Assembly (NCBI GenBank): GCA_000372785.1
Contig: KB889769.1
Location: 27,153-91,152 of the forward strand
Direction: 5' to 3'
DNA from: a gamma proteobacterium SCGC AB-629-P17
Lineage (GTDB): Bacteria > Pseudomonadota > Gammaproteobacteria > PS1 > Pseudothioglobaceae
Length of the DNA: 64,000 nucleotides
A program made the translations under genes and the position numbers. Below the pieces are notes generated by a model that saw nothing but the letters and a program-made list of their open reading frames with translations, made no database searches and was not told the origin of the DNA. Shown here one piece after another: positions 31,609 to 42,266 of the stretch (its first letter is position 1; each line of letters begins with the position of its first letter).

Positions 31609-32760
31609 TTGAAAATATTATTTATCAAAGAAAAAAGATCAGAAAGCGGCATAGAAGGTATTTCAATTTATCTACTAAATGTTTGCATCGAACTGAATAG
31701 GTTAGGTATAGCGTATTTGGTGTTATATAATTCTCGCGATTTATTCTACCAAAAGATGGTGGAAAATAATGTTAAGGTTGAAATAGTTGATTTGCCACCA
31801 TCGTCCGCTTATAACATATTGCATAGATATTTCGATGTGTTGAAAATACGAAAATTGATTCATTCAATTGTATTAAAAGAACAGATCACAATAATTAATG
31901 TACATTTTCCACATCTTCTCTCGTATTTAAAAACTTCATGGGGAGTTCCAATTTATGCACATTGGCATGGAGCCTTTGTTGATAATAAATCTTTAGAATA
32001 TTTTGATAGAAAAAATATATTAAGCCCAGTTAGTTTAATAAATAATATATATAAAAAACATGTGGTTTATAATTTTTCTAAAGCTAAAAATATAGTATGT
32101 CCAAGTATCGCAGCAAAGAATACAGCATCACAGTGTTTCTTAGTCCCAGAAAATAAAATTAAAATAAACAAATATGGATTAAAAACAATAAATCCTAATG
32201 AGTATACAAATATAAAAAGTGAACTTGGATTTAAATCAACAGACAAGATTATCTTATCTGTTGGAAGAGAAACAAGGTCTAAAGGAGTAGAGGATTTTTG
32301 CAATGTAGCATTATCATTAAAAGAGAGAAAGGATTTTAAATTTGTCTTTTTGGGCGGCTATAGAGATAAAAAATATCATGAACATCTGATCGAAAAGTAT
32401 GGAGATGTGGTTTCTTTTATGGGGATGAGAGAGGATATCAACAACTTTTATAGATCAACAGACCTTTTCTTATTTTTATCTCACAGGGAATCTGCTGGAT
32501 TAGTTCTAGCAGAAGCAATGTTTTTCTCAGTACCGCTTATCTCATGGGACATAATTGGTGTGAATGAAATGTTTGTGGATGGACGAAATGGATATTTATG
32601 TGAATTTTCAAACATTAACCAAGTGGTTAGCAATGTTGTAAAAGTTTTAGACGATGAAGAACTTTATGAGGTTTTTTCTAAAGCATCATTAAAAGAGTCA
32701 TCTAAACATACAATTGATCAAAGTGTTGAAAACCTGATTAATTTGTTTGAGAAAGGGTAA
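31609..32760 (+). CDS. GT4 glycosyltransferase
   Basis: VGRETRSKG, ESAGLVLAEAM (EX7E); TTG start. Confidence 0.85.
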   Translation: MKILFIKEKRSESGIEGISIYLLNVCIELNRLGIAYLVLYNSRDLFYQKMVENNVKVEIVDLPPSSAYNILHRYFDVLKIRKLIHSIVLKEQITIINVHFPHLLSYLKTSWGVPIYAHWHGAFVDNKSLEYFDRKNILSPVSLINNIYKKHVVYNFSKAKNIVCPSIAAKNTASQCFLVPENKIKINKYGLKTINPNEYTNIKSELGFKSTDKIILSVGRETRSKGVEDFCNVALSLKERKDFKFVFLGGYRDKKYHEHLIEKYGDVVSFMGMREDINNFYRSTDLFLFLSHRESAGLVLAEAMFFSVPLISWDIIGVNEMFVDGRNGYLCEFSNINQVVSNVVKVLDDEELYEVFSKASLKESSKHTIDQSVENLINLFEKG

Positions 32761-32767
32761 TAGCAAT

Positions 32768-33763
32768 ATGTTAAAAACTATCTTAATTACAGGAGGGTTT
32801 GGATACATAGGAAGGCATACCTGTATAGAGCTATTAAGAAGTGGATTTAAAGTTATAGTTATAGATAATAAGAAAATTGAAGTTCTAGAAGAGATAAATA
32901 ATAAAATATTTAAACTTACTGGTAAAAAAGCAATACTAAATAGTAATAAAATTAACTCTGAAGAGGATGTTAGAGTTATATTTAATAATTTTAAAATTGA
33001 CGCAGTTATTCATTTTGCGGGAATTAAGTCAGTTTCAGAATTTTACTCTTTCCCTTTAGAGAGTATGAATAAAGAATTATCTCTGGTGAGTAATATACTA
33101 ACAGTGATGAAAGAATTTAATGTTAAAAAAATAATTTATCCATCGTCAATTTTGGTCTATAGTGAAGATAATAAAATACCTCTATTAGAGACTTCCAAGT
33201 TAAATAGAGCCAATCCTTACAGTAAGTGTAAAATATTTATTGAAGATTTATTGAGAGACCTTTTAATTTCTGATAATAGCTGGGATATTGTTATTTTAAG
33301 ATATTCAAATACCATAGGAATGCATCAAAGTGGAATAATTGATGGATATACTCCTAAAAAACCTAATAACTTAACAAGTACCATCATGGCTTTTCTTGAT
33401 AAAAAAATAAATAAAATTAAGTTATATGGAAATGATTTTGATACAAAAGACGGAACATGTGAGAGAGACTATATCCATGTAACTGATGTTGCAGAGGCAA
33501 ACCTTTCTTGTGTTAAATATATATTAATTAACAATATAGAAAAACCTCTTGTGTTGAATATATCTAGTGGAAAACCCTATTCTGTAATAGAAGTTATGCA
33601 AGAGTTTGAAAATGTTTTTGGACGCGCAATTAGTTATGAAATTAAGCCTCATAGATCTTCAGATGTGAGTTGTTCATATAGTGATAGTAGCCTTGCAAAA
33701 AAAATAATCAAATGGGAGTCAGAATCGACGTTAAATGATATAGTTAAAAGTTTCATTCAGTAA
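32768..33763 (+). CDS. Divergent UDP-glucose 4-epimerase (GalE-like)
   Basis: TGGFGYIG, HFAGIKSV, NPYSKCK, DGTCERDYIHV; ATG 32768 preferred. Confidence 0.8.
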   Translation: MLKTILITGGFGYIGRHTCIELLRSGFKVIVIDNKKIEVLEEINNKIFKLTGKKAILNSNKINSEEDVRVIFNNFKIDAVIHFAGIKSVSEFYSFPLESMNKELSLVSNILTVMKEFNVKKIIYPSSILVYSEDNKIPLLETSKLNRANPYSKCKIFIEDLLRDLLISDNSWDIVILRYSNTIGMHQSGIIDGYTPKKPNNLTSTIMAFLDKKINKIKLYGNDFDTKDGTCERDYIHVTDVAEANLSCVKYILINNIEKPLVLNISSGKPYSVIEVMQEFENVFGRAISYEIKPHRSSDVSCSYSDSSLAKKIIKWESESTLNDIVKSFIQ

Positions 33764-33767
33764 TTAG

Positions 33768-35300
33768 ATGAAGCATTTTTTAGATTTAAAATCATTAATT
33801 GATTCAGATTATTATAAAAATAATAATCGATTACATTGGCATGTTGAGCATTTAGAATATGATAAGTTCACTAATGACTTATATACCTGGTTAAATAGCA
33901 TTGAACTATTTGCAGAAGAAAAAGAGATTTTTGATATCTCTAGTGTTTTTATATATACTGAACTAGCAAGCTATTTAACTCATGTTTATGATTTTGTTTA
34001 CCTTTCTAAGAAGAATGTAAGTCCGATATATTCCAATCAAAGTAATGTCTTTATAAATAAAATATGGAATAAAGAAGTAGTCGAAACTTCCTTACTAATT
34101 GAATTAGAAAAAAATAGATTTAAAGTAGATAAACTTAAACAACTTTATTCGTTTTTAGTCAAAATTTTCCCTAAGAAGTATATACGAATGTTGTTGGTTT
34201 CACCAAATGACTTAGCGGAACAGTATTTAAATGGCATAAAAGGAATTTCTTTAAAAATTTTCCCTCAGTATTACTTTGAGATAGATACAAGAAGCTCAAC
34301 TTTTTCAAGAGAGCTCTCTACTAAAGTAAGAGATCTTCTTGTCAAAAAAATAGAATCAAACTACTTTATTCTTAATAATGACCATATAGAATCAATAGTG
34401 TTCATCTTAGACTCATACATAGCTAGAGCCTATAATAATATTAGTAGCTACAATGGATTTTTATCGGGATGTAATAAAAATGTAAGCATTATTACTGGAA
34501 CTGGCAATAGTTATTACAACCGATTACTCTCATCAATTGGAAAAAAAGAAGACGTTGAAGTCATTAGATTTAATCATGGCGGAGAAAGATGTTTTTATGA
34601 TGATGCACACTTTTGGGAAAATGGGGATTTATTTCAGACCAATAAATATGTTACTTATGGAAAAAAATGGAAAATCTGGCTAGAAAAAATAGTAAAAAAT
34701 TCAGGAAATAAGATAACAATTAAATCAATTGGATCAGATTATCATAAAGAAATATATAATAAATTTTTTAATAAAAAAATACAAAGAAATAAAAAAATAC
34801 TATACATACCAAACTCATTTATTGGTGAAATCAGAGTATTTCCATATGCAAAATTAATAGATCCAGTACTTTTTGATTGGCAAAAATATTTAATAGAAGT
34901 ACTCCAAAAAAACGGTTTTGAAGTGATCTATAAGAAACACCCTAAAGGTTTTTTGCATGAAGAGAATTTTTTAGGGGAATTGGCGACTTATCAATCAACT
35001 AAGCCAATGTTAGAAGCTTTAGAAGATGCCGATATGGTTTTATGTGATATGGCTGGAAGTGCATTTACTGAATCTCTCTGTGCAGGTAAAAATATCGTTT
35101 TAATTGACACTTTACAGAGACCTTTTGATTTCAGTTCAAAGGAAGATTTACAGAGTGCAGTTAAGATTATTGATGCCTACTGGGAGGAAAATACATTAAT
35201 GATTGATGAGAAAAAATTAATAGATGCTTTTACCAACTTTGATATTAATAAGGAAAATATTAGAAAAGTAGTGAAAGATTATTATTTAAGTAGTGAATAA
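33768..35300 (+). CDS. Hypothetical protein; candidate GT-B-type ulosonic acid transferase
   Basis: FNHGG, YKKHPKG and GSAFTESL motifs resemble CMP/CDP-donor GT-B transferases; lies in the NeuB/NeuA operon. Confidence 0.45.
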   Translation: MKHFLDLKSLIDSDYYKNNNRLHWHVEHLEYDKFTNDLYTWLNSIELFAEEKEIFDISSVFIYTELASYLTHVYDFVYLSKKNVSPIYSNQSNVFINKIWNKEVVETSLLIELEKNRFKVDKLKQLYSFLVKIFPKKYIRMLLVSPNDLAEQYLNGIKGISLKIFPQYYFEIDTRSSTFSRELSTKVRDLLVKKIESNYFILNNDHIESIVFILDSYIARAYNNISSYNGFLSGCNKNVSIITGTGNSYYNRLLSSIGKKEDVEVIRFNHGGERCFYDDAHFWENGDLFQTNKYVTYGKKWKIWLEKIVKNSGNKITIKSIGSDYHKEIYNKFFNKKIQRNKKILYIPNSFIGEIRVFPYAKLIDPVLFDWQKYLIEVLQKNGFEVIYKKHPKGFLHEENFLGELATYQSTKPMLEALEDADMVLCDMAGSAFTESLCAGKNIVLIDTLQRPFDFSSKEDLQSAVKIIDAYWEENTLMIDEKKLIDAFTNFDINKENIRKVVKDYYLSSE

Positions 35301-35306
35301 GGATAG

Positions 35307-36191
35307 ATGAAACTAGTGTTTATGAAAAAAATAGTTAACAAACTAAAAGATATATATATTTATTTGTATTTGTTCATAAATAAGAGAATACTTTTTACTG
35401 ATAAATACGGCTTATCATACTATCTTTATTACAATACAAGACCAATAGATACTTTTAGAAAAGGTGTGAGAACAGACGATACAACAGTTTTAGTAACTGT
35501 AAACAAACTTATTGAATGTAACTTACAGCTTAAAAATGTTAACTGTATCGATGTGGGTGCATTCATTGGTGTAGTGACTTTAATGATGGCGAATGCATTA
35601 AATAAATCAAGTAATAACTGGAAGATACACAGCTTTGAGCCCTTCAAAGAAACATTCATTAGGCTAAAGGACAATATTGATATTACTTATCAAAATAATA
35701 ATATTGAACTAAATAATGTAGGTCTTTCTGATAAGTCTGGTATTCAAAAAATGCTTATCAATAAAGGTGCACCAGGTAGTAATCAGTTAATATCTAGCTC
35801 TTCTGGGAACAGTGAAGATATAGATGAAGCTGAAATTATCACGCTAGATGAATATTTAAATCAGAGATCTATCGAGCACATACTTTTATGCAAAATAGAT
35901 GCAGAAGGTGTCGATGATCTTGTGTTGAAAGGAATGAAGTCTTATATCGAAAGGGGTAAAGTAGACTATTTTATTTTAGAATATGAAGACGAGCCATCTC
36001 AACAAAAGATTTCTAAAATACTGAAAATGTATAAATACAAAGTACATTACATGGTCAGAAATAAAAATTACCTTGTTGAGAGCATAGAAGATTACCCAAA
36101 AAATGAACAATCATTAATCAATATTTTAGCTGTATCACCTTTTGCTGATATGAAGCCTGTAAATGAACTCCTTAAATCATGGCAAAAGTAA
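35307..36191 (+). CDS. FkbM family methyltransferase
   Basis: IDVGAFIG, SFEP, TLD, KIDAEG. Confidence 0.88.
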   Translation: MKLVFMKKIVNKLKDIYIYLYLFINKRILFTDKYGLSYYLYYNTRPIDTFRKGVRTDDTTVLVTVNKLIECNLQLKNVNCIDVGAFIGVVTLMMANALNKSSNNWKIHSFEPFKETFIRLKDNIDITYQNNNIELNNVGLSDKSGIQKMLINKGAPGSNQLISSSSGNSEDIDEAEIITLDEYLNQRSIEHILLCKIDAEGVDDLVLKGMKSYIERGKVDYFILEYEDEPSQQKISKILKMYKYKVHYMVRNKNYLVESIEDYPKNEQSLINILAVSPFADMKPVNELLKSWQK

Positions 36192-37795
36192 CAATACAGG
36201 AAGATAATTTATGGAAAAAATATTCTAAAAACAGTATAACTGTCTTCTATAAAGGTTATTTTTATTCGCACTCAATTTCGGAAATAGTTGAAAATATTTC
36301 AGGCCAGTTAATTGAAGATTTTAAAAAAATAATACAAAATATAGATGGCCATTTTGCATTAGTTATTGTTAAAAAAAATCTAACCATCGTTGCAGTTGAC
36401 AAAATTAGAAGTACACCGCTATTCTTCACAAAAATAGAAGATACATTTCATATAGATAATGACCCAAATAGATTATCAACCAATAATAAATTTATCAATG
36501 ATATAAATAAAGATGCAGCATTAGAAATATCAATGTCAGGTTATACTATTGGAAATAAAACAATCTATAAAAAGTTGCATTCATTAAAAGCTGGTGAATT
36601 AGCTATATTTAATGAGAATTCCTACGAAATATATCAATATTTCAAATATTTTTACAATGCTAAAGATAGTCATTTTGATTATATAGATGCTCTTTCTAAG
36701 CTTACAATAAAAATATTCAAAAAAATGTTAGATAGTATTGGAGGGCGACAAATTGTAATACCACTTAGTGCTGGTAATGATTCTAGGCTCGTTGCATCAA
36801 TTTTAAAAGAGTTAGGAGCTACAAATGTAATATGTTATTCATATGGTTTATCAGGAAATTTTGAGGTTAAGACTGCAAAATTAATAGCTGAAAAGTTAGG
36901 CTATAAGTGGTTTTTTGTGCCATTAAGTCATAAAAGTGAGAAAATATTTTATGCATCAGATGAGTATAAAAATTATTTGAAATTTTCCGAAACATGCAGT
37001 AGCGTGCCATTTATACAAAGTTTATCTACCATTAAATATTTAAAAGAATCAAACTTTATCGATGATGATGCTGTTTTTATTAATGGGAATAGCGGGGACT
37101 TTATTTCTGGATTACATCTTAACTATCTATTTAAGAATGATGATGAAGTTACAGATTTAAAAATTAGAAAAGAAGCTATTTTGAACAGTATTGTAAAAAA
37201 ACACTTTTCATTATGGGGGCAGCTATCTACAACTGTGAATATTAATAAAATAAAAAAGTCACTATGGAATGAAATAGAGCCACAATGTGGAGCTTTAACA
37301 GATGATAATGACCATGCATTCTATGAGTACTCTGAATTTATAGATAGACAGAGTAAGTATGTGGTTACGGGTCAAAGAGCTTATGAATTCTATGGGCATG
37401 AATGGAGGTTGCCGTTATGGGATAATGAATATATTGATTTTTGGGTGCAAGTGCCGGCTAAATTTAAAAAAAATCAGTCTCTCTATTCAGATATGTTGAA
37501 AAAGAATAATTTTGCGAATGTGTGGAGAGAAGAGATACCAGTTAACAACAAAACAATAACTCCAAAATGGATAATTCCCTTAAGATTTTTATTTAAACTG
37601 CCATTTGCTCTATTGGGTCAAAAAGGTAAAGCATTGTGGCACGAATTTGAAATAATTTTTTTCTACTATTGGATGGATAATACAAGAATGATGTCGACAG
37701 TATCTTATTGGAGAGTAATTAAAAGTATTAAGAAAAAGCCCCAAAATCATGTTTCATGGCAGGTTGTAGATTACTTACGCAATCATAATATATAA
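36179..37795 (+). CDS. Asparagine synthetase-like amidotransferase (sugar amidation)
   Basis: DGHFA...VDKIRSTPLF Ntn-like region; PLSAGNDSR PP-loop; WRLPLWD. Confidence 0.8.
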   Translation: MAKVTIQEDNLWKKYSKNSITVFYKGYFYSHSISEIVENISGQLIEDFKKIIQNIDGHFALVIVKKNLTIVAVDKIRSTPLFFTKIEDTFHIDNDPNRLSTNNKFINDINKDAALEISMSGYTIGNKTIYKKLHSLKAGELAIFNENSYEIYQYFKYFYNAKDSHFDYIDALSKLTIKIFKKMLDSIGGRQIVIPLSAGNDSRLVASILKELGATNVICYSYGLSGNFEVKTAKLIAEKLGYKWFFVPLSHKSEKIFYASDEYKNYLKFSETCSSVPFIQSLSTIKYLKESNFIDDDAVFINGNSGDFISGLHLNYLFKNDDEVTDLKIRKEAILNSIVKKHFSLWGQLSTTVNINKIKKSLWNEIEPQCGALTDDNDHAFYEYSEFIDRQSKYVVTGQRAYEFYGHEWRLPLWDNEYIDFWVQVPAKFKKNQSLYSDMLKKNNFANVWREEIPVNNKTITPKWIIPLRFLFKLPFALLGQKGKALWHEFEIIFFYYWMDNTRMMSTVSYWRVIKSIKKKPQNHVSWQVVDYLRNHNI

Positions 37796-37796
37796 A

Positions 37797-38984
37797 GTGA
37801 GAATTCTTGTAGTTACTAGTAAGTTTCAGCCAGAGTATTCAGGTTCTGGGTTGCGTGCTAGTAGTACATATATTAGGTTGAATAAAAAATATAAAATACA
37901 ATATGATGTATTGACAAGTTCATTAGAATATTGCGGAGTTAATGATTACATATATGAAAATGTAAAAATTAGGAGAATAGCTGGGTATTTTAAAGTTGCA
38001 AACTATAAGGGCACATTAAGAAGAATAGTTGTTTGGTTAAACCTCCCTTTTGAAGTTTATGGTTCATATAGATACATAAAAGGTCGAATGGATAGATATG
38101 ATATGCTACATACATTCGGAGACTCGTGGGCTGTAGGATTCTATACTTGGTATTTTAGTCGTTTTAAAAAACCAGTAATGCGTGAACTTTGCAATGAAAT
38201 AAGTACTCCATATTTTCCACTCCCTTTTAGAAGAGTGATGAAAAAGCTATTTACAAGAGATAATATGATGATGGTTGCAATATCTCCAATGCTAGAATCA
38301 TTGGCAACTAAAAACTCTGTAAAGAATATATGGCAACGCCCTAATCCTATTGATGAGAATAAATTTAATTTAGAAATTAGAAACAAAAAAATGGTTATTA
38401 GAGCTAGAATTTCACCATTTTCTAATAAAGATATTGTATTAACTTATTTAGCCATGTTTTGGAGAAATAAAAACCAACTCTTCTTACTTAGAGTTTTATC
38501 AAAGTTAAGTAATAATTATAAATTGGTTTTAGCTGGTCCAGTCACTTTAGCGCATGAAAGTTATTACAATGATGTTTTAGCTGAAATAGATAATCTTAAC
38601 TTGAATGATCGTGTATATATTGTCAATAAGTTTATTGATAATCCTCAAGAATATATAGCAATGGGGGACGTCTATCTTTTTCCTTCACGACACGAAGGTT
38701 TGGGGACAACTATTTTAGAGGCGCAAGCGTGTGGAGTGCCGATAGTAATGAATGAATTGCCAGGTATTAGTGACAGGTGGGTAAATATTGGAAATGCTGG
38801 GTATGTCTCCACCTTAGATGAGGACAATTGGGTGAAAAATATTCATAAAGCAATAGCAATAGAAGATCATAAGTTGCATGAAAATGCTCAATTGATAAGT
38901 AGAGTAGCTGGCAGTGAAACTATAGACAAAGAATATCTTAAAAAGTTTAATGAAATATGTTTGGATTTAACAAATGAACACTAA
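37797..38984 (+). CDS. GT4 glycosyltransferase
   Basis: KNQ; FPSRHEGLGTTILEAQACGVP; GTG start. Confidence 0.88.
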   Translation: MRILVVTSKFQPEYSGSGLRASSTYIRLNKKYKIQYDVLTSSLEYCGVNDYIYENVKIRRIAGYFKVANYKGTLRRIVVWLNLPFEVYGSYRYIKGRMDRYDMLHTFGDSWAVGFYTWYFSRFKKPVMRELCNEISTPYFPLPFRRVMKKLFTRDNMMMVAISPMLESLATKNSVKNIWQRPNPIDENKFNLEIRNKKMVIRARISPFSNKDIVLTYLAMFWRNKNQLFLLRVLSKLSNNYKLVLAGPVTLAHESYYNDVLAEIDNLNLNDRVYIVNKFIDNPQEYIAMGDVYLFPSRHEGLGTTILEAQACGVPIVMNELPGISDRWVNIGNAGYVSTLDEDNWVKNIHKAIAIEDHKLHENAQLISRVAGSETIDKEYLKKFNEICLDLTNEH

Positions 38985-40068
38985 AAGAATAGCTTTTTTT
39001 CTTCAAAATTTAAGTGGTGGTGGTGCAGAAAAATCAGTAGTTCATCTTTCAAACTACTTAGTAAATGATGGGATAGATATAGATATTGTTTTAGTTAATA
39101 AATCCTCAGCAGTTTATTTAAAAGAATTAGATACTAAAATAAGAGTAATAGATTTAAATAAGAATAGGAGTCTAAAGTCAATTAATAAAGTAAAAAAATA
39201 TATAAAAAAAAATAAACCAGATGTTATTATGAGTAGTGTCACACATATTAATATAATATTGGCATTAGTTAAATTAATCTCTGGAAAAACGAAAACAAAA
39301 ATAGCAATAAATCAAGTTAATCATCTTTCTTCAATAATAAGTTACAGTATAAAGAACAAAATATTGAAAAATTTCATAGTTAGACTTATTGTTTATGTTT
39401 ATAACTTTACTGATGGATCTATTTCGATGTCTAAAGGGGTTGAAAAAGATCTGTTAGAAAATGGCCTTAAGATTGAGTCTAAATATATCTATAACCCCAT
39501 ATTTTCAGATATTATGCTTAATCAAAGTCAAGACTATATTGAGGAGAACAATAGAAAAACATTTATTGCTATAGGAAGAATGGTTCCGCAAAAAAACTTT
39601 TCCGTATTAATAGATGCATTTTCTTTAGTTAATAATGAATTTGAATCAACGCTGATTATTTTAGGTGAAGGTCCTCTAAGGAGTAATTTAGAGAAGCAAA
39701 TAACTGATTTAGGTCTTACAAAAAATATAGTTCTAAAAGGGTTCGTTGATAATCCTTACCAATATATTAAAAATGCAGATGTTTTTGTTCTAACTTCACT
39801 ATGGGAAGGGTTTGGAAATGTAATTGTTGAAAGTTTATCGCTAGGTACTCAGGTGGTTTCTACGGACTGTGATAGTGGTCCGAATGAAATTTTAGAAAAT
39901 GGAAAATATGGATTCATGTCATTAACGTTTCATAAGTTTGAATTAGCAAGACTTATGATTGAAGCAGTTAATAATCCCATTGACTCAAAGTTATTAATTA
40001 ATAGGGGAAGACACTTTAGTGTGAAGAGAGCAGCTCTAGAATATAAAGATTTTTTATTGAATATTTGA
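38974..40068 (+). CDS. GT4 glycosyltransferase (PglJ/CapM-like)
   Basis: GGGAEK, GRMVPQKN, SLWEGFGNVIVES, SGPNEIL. Confidence 0.9.
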   Translation: MNTKRIAFFLQNLSGGGAEKSVVHLSNYLVNDGIDIDIVLVNKSSAVYLKELDTKIRVIDLNKNRSLKSINKVKKYIKKNKPDVIMSSVTHINIILALVKLISGKTKTKIAINQVNHLSSIISYSIKNKILKNFIVRLIVYVYNFTDGSISMSKGVEKDLLENGLKIESKYIYNPIFSDIMLNQSQDYIEENNRKTFIAIGRMVPQKNFSVLIDAFSLVNNEFESTLIILGEGPLRSNLEKQITDLGLTKNIVLKGFVDNPYQYIKNADVFVLTSLWEGFGNVIVESLSLGTQVVSTDCDSGPNEILENGKYGFMSLTFHKFELARLMIEAVNNPIDSKLLINRGRHFSVKRAALEYKDFLLNI

Positions 40069-40087
40069 TTGAGATTAAAGTCTAGAT

Positions 40088-41314
40088 ATGAATATTACAA
40101 CTATTCTTGTAACAATTCTCTTCCTCTTGGTCATTTTTATATTACCTATTCTATCATCTCATTTTAGAAAAAATAAAAACCTAATATTTATATATTATTT
40201 TGTAGTTCTTCTATATCAAATGGTTGCATTTACTAACGCATTTTGGTTTAGAACAATTGGTGCTGATATGGATGCGAATAGTTTTCATGTTTTGGCAGTT
40301 GAGATAAGTAATACTGGTGTATTTCAATTTTATTCAGATGCAAATTTATATAAAAATATAGTAGGTTATCTTTATTGGCTAACCGAACCGTCACTTATTA
40401 TAGGTGAGCAATTATCTATTCTATCAATTTCAATTTCAATGATTGTTTTGGTAAATATTATAGATCTACTTAAATTAAATAAATTTCAAACGCCAATAGT
40501 TTTCGTTTACGCTGCTCAACCCACTATGGTTATGTTAGGAGCATTAACCTTAAGAGAGCCAATAGAGGTTTTTTTATTAATAACCGCAGTATATTTTGGT
40601 TTAAAAATGAGGATTTATCCTAACAAAAAAATCCTTAATTTTTGCTTTTTGCTTTTATTTTGTTTATGCATGGGACTTTTTCATAAAGCTTTATTTTTAT
40701 ATGTTGCAATACTAGTTTGTGTTTGTCTCATCTGGAATATCAACAAAACTCAAAGTATATTTATAATCAATAAATATCGATTGTTAATTCTAGTTATAAC
40801 ACCTTTACTCTTAATAACTTTATTTTATATTGCCGGTAATTCAAATATTTCAGGGGCGGAGTTATTTAGGATGGTTGCATCTCTTGATATTTTTGAGGCC
40901 ATTGCGAAACATCGCACATATACTCCAATAGGTAGAGCAAGCTATGTTGTGCCATTTGACACATCATCATTTATTACAGTTATCTACTCAAGTTTCTTAA
41001 TCTATATTTATTATCTTTTTACTCCATTTATATGGCAGATTTCAAGCATTACTGATATTTATGCATATTTAGAGTCAATATTGCATATGATTCTATTATA
41101 TTACTCAATTAAACTTTGGAGATTAGAAGAAGGGCAGACACGTCAATTATTAGGAATGATGCTAATACTATTCTTTATTCTTACTCTTATGTTTGCATTT
41201 GGTACTACTAATTATGGGACCGGTATGCGACATAAAATGATGTCATGGTGGATGCTTGCATTAATGGGCGGGCCACTGCTTTATACAAGGATAAGGCAGT
41301 TTATAAATTACTAA
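40088..41314 (+). CDS. Polytopic membrane protein, Wzy polymerase / GT-C-like
   Basis: About 11 hydrophobic segments, D-containing first loop (GADMDANSF), LRE and NYGTGMRHK motifs; glycan-cluster context. Confidence 0.55.
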   Translation: MNITTILVTILFLLVIFILPILSSHFRKNKNLIFIYYFVVLLYQMVAFTNAFWFRTIGADMDANSFHVLAVEISNTGVFQFYSDANLYKNIVGYLYWLTEPSLIIGEQLSILSISISMIVLVNIIDLLKLNKFQTPIVFVYAAQPTMVMLGALTLREPIEVFLLITAVYFGLKMRIYPNKKILNFCFLLLFCLCMGLFHKALFLYVAILVCVCLIWNINKTQSIFIINKYRLLILVITPLLLITLFYIAGNSNISGAELFRMVASLDIFEAIAKHRTYTPIGRASYVVPFDTSSFITVIYSSFLIYIYYLFTPFIWQISSITDIYAYLESILHMILLYYSIKLWRLEEGQTRQLLGMMLILFFILTLMFAFGTTNYGTGMRHKMMSWWMLALMGGPLLYTRIRQFINY

Positions 41315-41315
41315 A

Positions 41316-42266
41316 ATGATTAGAAGCTTAATTCAGACAGTATTTGGTATTCTGACATTTATACCTGGTGTATATAAGTGGAGGGCATCGAAGTTAGGCT
41401 CTGGTGGATCATACTCTCCGCGTTACTGTTATACAGTCTGGATGAGGCATATAGTTTTAGCTCATAAAAGTAAATTAAATTATTACCCCAAGGTAGTTGC
41501 CGAGTTAGGACCAGGCGATTCTTTGGGTGTAGGAATTATGGCATTATTGCTAGGTTCTAATAAATATATTGCTTGTGATGTAGTGGAGTTTTCGAGTGTC
41601 AAGAAGAATTTAATAATTCTAGAAAAATTATTAGTAATGCTTAGAAATCGAGAGCCAATACCTGATGATATAGAGTTTCCTAGAGTTATACCAAAGTTAG
41701 ATGACTATTCATTCCCACATGATATCTATTCCAATGATTATCTAAAGTTGTGTTTAAGTGATGAGAGGGTTGAGAAAATTAGAGCATCTCTATCAAAACC
41801 AAACATAATGATTGAATATAATCATGACTGGACTAAAGATCATGAGATATACAAAAGAAATATAGATATGGTCATCTCACAAGCAGTACTTGAGCATGTA
41901 GATGATTTAGAAAACATATATGCAATACAAAAAAACTGGTTAAATAAAGACGGATTTATTTCCCACTCTATTGATTTTAAGAGTCACGGCTATTCATCGA
42001 CATGGGATGGTCACTGGAATATTTCCAATTGGAGATGGTATTTGTTAAGAGGCAATAGACCATACATGATAAATAGAGAGCCACTTTCCAAGCATATTTC
42101 TATTATAAAACAGAATAATTTCAATCTAATAAAAATAGAAAACTATTTAAAAGACTCCAATTTTTCTACAAAAAAATTTAGAAAAAAAATATCCGAAAGT
42201 GATAAAAATGTTAGTGATTCCTTCATACAAGCTAGCACTATTAGTAAACAATTAAATGGTAACTGA
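41316..42266 (+). CDS. SAM-dependent methyltransferase
   Basis: ELGPGDS, DMVISQAVLEHV, HSIDF. Confidence 0.75.
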   Translation: MIRSLIQTVFGILTFIPGVYKWRASKLGSGGSYSPRYCYTVWMRHIVLAHKSKLNYYPKVVAELGPGDSLGVGIMALLLGSNKYIACDVVEFSSVKKNLIILEKLLVMLRNREPIPDDIEFPRVIPKLDDYSFPHDIYSNDYLKLCLSDERVEKIRASLSKPNIMIEYNHDWTKDHEIYKRNIDMVISQAVLEHVDDLENIYAIQKNWLNKDGFISHSIDFKSHGYSSTWDGHWNISNWRWYLLRGNRPYMINREPLSKHISIIKQNNFNLIKIENYLKDSNFSTKKFRKKISESDKNVSDSFIQASTISKQLNGN

